A DNA stretch of 64,000 nucleotides from Clostridiaceae bacterium. Its GTDB lineage: Bacteria > Bacillota > Clostridia > Saccharofermentanales > Saccharofermentanaceae. The stretch covers positions 37,440-101,439 of the forward strand of contig JAAYCT010000014.1 of assembly GCA_012729635.1 (NCBI GenBank), in the 5' to 3' direction. Each line of letters starts with the position of its first letter. The first letter of the stretch is position 1. The translations under genes and the position numbers were made by a program. The notes under the pieces are model-generated. The model made no database searches and was not told the DNA's origin. It saw only the letters and a program-made list of their open reading frames with translations. Shown one piece after another: positions 62,135-64,000 of the stretch.

Positions 62135-63715
62135 TCATTTGCACTTCTTCGCGGCAATTCTTCCGGTCATGATCGCAGTCGGGCCGCCGGCAGGGCTATA
62201 GACCCACTTTCCTGCAGCGTAAACATCCGGTAGTTCGGTTTTTACCGAATCGGCCATTTTAAACATATTGGTAACCGCAGGGATTTTTTCTTCAAATGAC
62301 CAGCCAACAATAGAACCCTCTGAACTGCCTACTCGATCATAAATAGATATGGGGGTAGTGGAGAAACGGAACAGCACCTTTTCCCGCATGTCGGGATAGA
62401 TACCCGAGGAAACGGCATGGATGACTTGAGCTTCGAATTCCTTAGTGAATTCATCATACCAGCCCCGGTCGCGTATACAGCGGATCAGTTCGTAATCAAA
62501 AAGAACGCTGATGATCATTCCCGTTTTTCCCGACGGCGCCGCATCCGCGTCACGAAGAACCGGGATGGAGATCTCAAAAGTGTTAAGCCGGCAGAATCGC
62601 TCCAGCCATGAAAAAAGATCCTCTCTGGTAACACTGTCCCAACGATTCAGCAGTTCCTGAAGCTCCAGGGTATGAATGGTCCCGAGCCCCTTCCGGTCCG
62701 GCGTATAAAACAGGTGAGCGCTTGCTTTCTCCCGAAAATACTCGGGCGGCAAATCCACGGCAAGAAAGGCCGAAAAGACCGACTCCGCTCCTTTATGAGA
62801 AAGGATTGCCTGTCTCTTTTCCCGGAATTTGAGAAGAGAATCTTTTTCAAGGCCTTCGTCGTCCGCAATGTCATAAAGGGTTTTCAGGTCCCCTGTCCAG
62901 ATCATTTTCTGATACTCGTACTCATTTCCTTCTGAATCACACAATCGCTTATTGTGCGCGTCGACACGGGTTATTTCCGTCTGATAGCGGATCTCGCCGC
63001 CGCGTTTTTCGAAGGCTTCGACCAGTTTTTGAATAAATGCGCCGACCCCGCCTTTGGGATAAAGGTAATCGTTGTACAGCGCAAAATAACTGAGGGCGAA
63101 AAATACCGGCGTCTTTTTGAAAAAGTGTTGGCCGATCATATCTTTGAGGGACTGGTTTTCTGAAAGAAGATCCAGGTGCTCCTCAAAAGGCGTGTCCATC
63201 TTTTGAATCCGGTACAGCGTTCGCATCAACTTCGCCATCCAGCAGATCATGGAAGGCAGGAGCAGGAGATAGTTCTTTTTCTTTGCAAAAAGCGGATTGT
63301 TCGCGCCGTAGAGGACCTTCATGTTCTCAATGATGTTTTGGATGGACTCGATGATACGGTCCACCTCGGGCCGACTCCCGGGATACAGGTCCTTTAATAA
63401 ATCGGCATATCGCAGAAGGCTTTCCTCGCCCTCAATCCGGAGCAGATTGTCCTCGATCCCCAAAGTGATCGGGTTGGGCAGCACCTCGATATCCAGATCG
63501 AATTCCTTGATCAACGGCTTGATCAGGCCTGCGTTGACGAGCGCACGTGCACCGGCTTCAAAACGGAACCCGTCCTTGGTAAAGGTGCTCATGAGGCCGC
63601 CGCACTTCTCATTCTTTTCGAGAAGAAGCACCTCTTTGCCCGACTTCGCCAGGGTCAATGCGGCGGTTAATCCTGCGATACCGCCGCCGACCACAATGAT
63701 ACTTTTCTCCTTCAT
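62135..63715 (-). CDS. Phytoene-desaturase-family (CrtI-like) FAD/NAD(P)-dependent oxidoreductase.
   Basis: IVVGGGIAGLTAALTLAKSGKEVLLLEKNEKCGG dinucleotide-binding motif. 526 aa. Confidence 0.8.
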   Translation of the reverse strand: MKEKSIIVVGGGIAGLTAALTLAKSGKEVLLLEKNEKCGGLMSTFTKDGFRFEAGARALVNAGLIKPLIKEFDLDIEVLPNPITLGIEDNLLRIEGEESLLRYADLLKDLYPGSRPEVDRIIESIQNIIENMKVLYGANNPLFAKKKNYLLLLPSMICWMAKLMRTLYRIQKMDTPFEEHLDLLSENQSLKDMIGQHFFKKTPVFFALSYFALYNDYLYPKGGVGAFIQKLVEAFEKRGGEIRYQTEITRVDAHNKRLCDSEGNEYEYQKMIWTGDLKTLYDIADDEGLEKDSLLKFREKRQAILSHKGAESVFSAFLAVDLPPEYFREKASAHLFYTPDRKGLGTIHTLELQELLNRWDSVTREDLFSWLERFCRLNTFEISIPVLRDADAAPSGKTGMIISVLFDYELIRCIRDRGWYDEFTKEFEAQVIHAVSSGIYPDMREKVLFRFSTTPISIYDRVGSSEGSIVGWSFEEKIPAVTNMFKMADSVKTELPDVYAAGKWVYSPAGGPTAIMTGRIAAKKCK

Positions 63716-64000
63716 AAAACGACCCCTTTTTCGGATAATATTTCTGCAGTTTTGATTAAAAGCGCTTTCGCGGCCTCCAAATCAAGGGCCGGAGGCGCCA
63801 TCTCTTCTTCCGTCGTCAAATGAAAAAAAACATCGGTCGTTTGCGACAGTTCCGGTGAAACACCCAGATAATATAGGGACTACTGCGCAACCTGAAAAGC
63901 GTTAAAAACAGGACGTTACAGGGAAATTAATGGTAAAATTAGTGCATGAGAAAAGCTCGAAATCTTAGAAAAACCTTGCACTAGGAGCGGCAGATGAATC

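Noticed and set aside
63991-64000. Start of a plus-strand gene at the window edge (AGGAGCGGCAG ATG).
   Set aside because: Only three codons fall inside the window, which is too little to support a call.

Overview
A 64 kb chromosomal stretch from a fairly high-GC, Gram-positive, anaerobe-like bacterium. The Clostridia-like assignment is an inference from gene content: a T-box leader, a Bcd-EtfBA butyryl-CoA module with a ferredoxin-fused EtfA, iron-sulfur flavoproteins, and Sec/lipobox signal peptides. About 55 genes are called, nearly all on the minus strand.

Housekeeping and stress genes:
- A T-box-controlled valS-ybaK pair.
- The bcd-etfB-etfA cluster.
- A PerR-like Fur regulator next to catalase.
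- Flavodoxins, Isf-like flavoproteins and a ferritin-like (rubrerythrin-type) protein.
- Many one-component regulators (2 AraC/GyrI, MarR, 2 TetR, GntR, ArsR, 2 WYL).

Accessory content:
- A 12.6 kb gene for a 4191-aa secreted, teneurin-like RHS/YD polymorphic toxin. Its ~290-aa C-terminal domain is unrecognised and visibly AT-rich. It sits behind a small Big_2+YD lipoprotein gene, and no obvious immunity gene follows it.
- A putative RNA-repair neighbourhood: tandem WYL regulators, a 570-bp noncoding gap with a tRNA-like T-arm, an SPFH protein, RtcB and a 513-aa HEAT-repeat protein.
- Three AT-rich paralogous DUF4143 AAA+ ATPase genes.
- An ArsR-controlled CoA-disulfide-reductase/rhodanese/TusA/DsrE fusion (persulfide module).
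- Several unexplained direct repeats and palindromes.

No rRNA gene, canonical tRNA gene, CRISPR array or recognisable transposase was seen.
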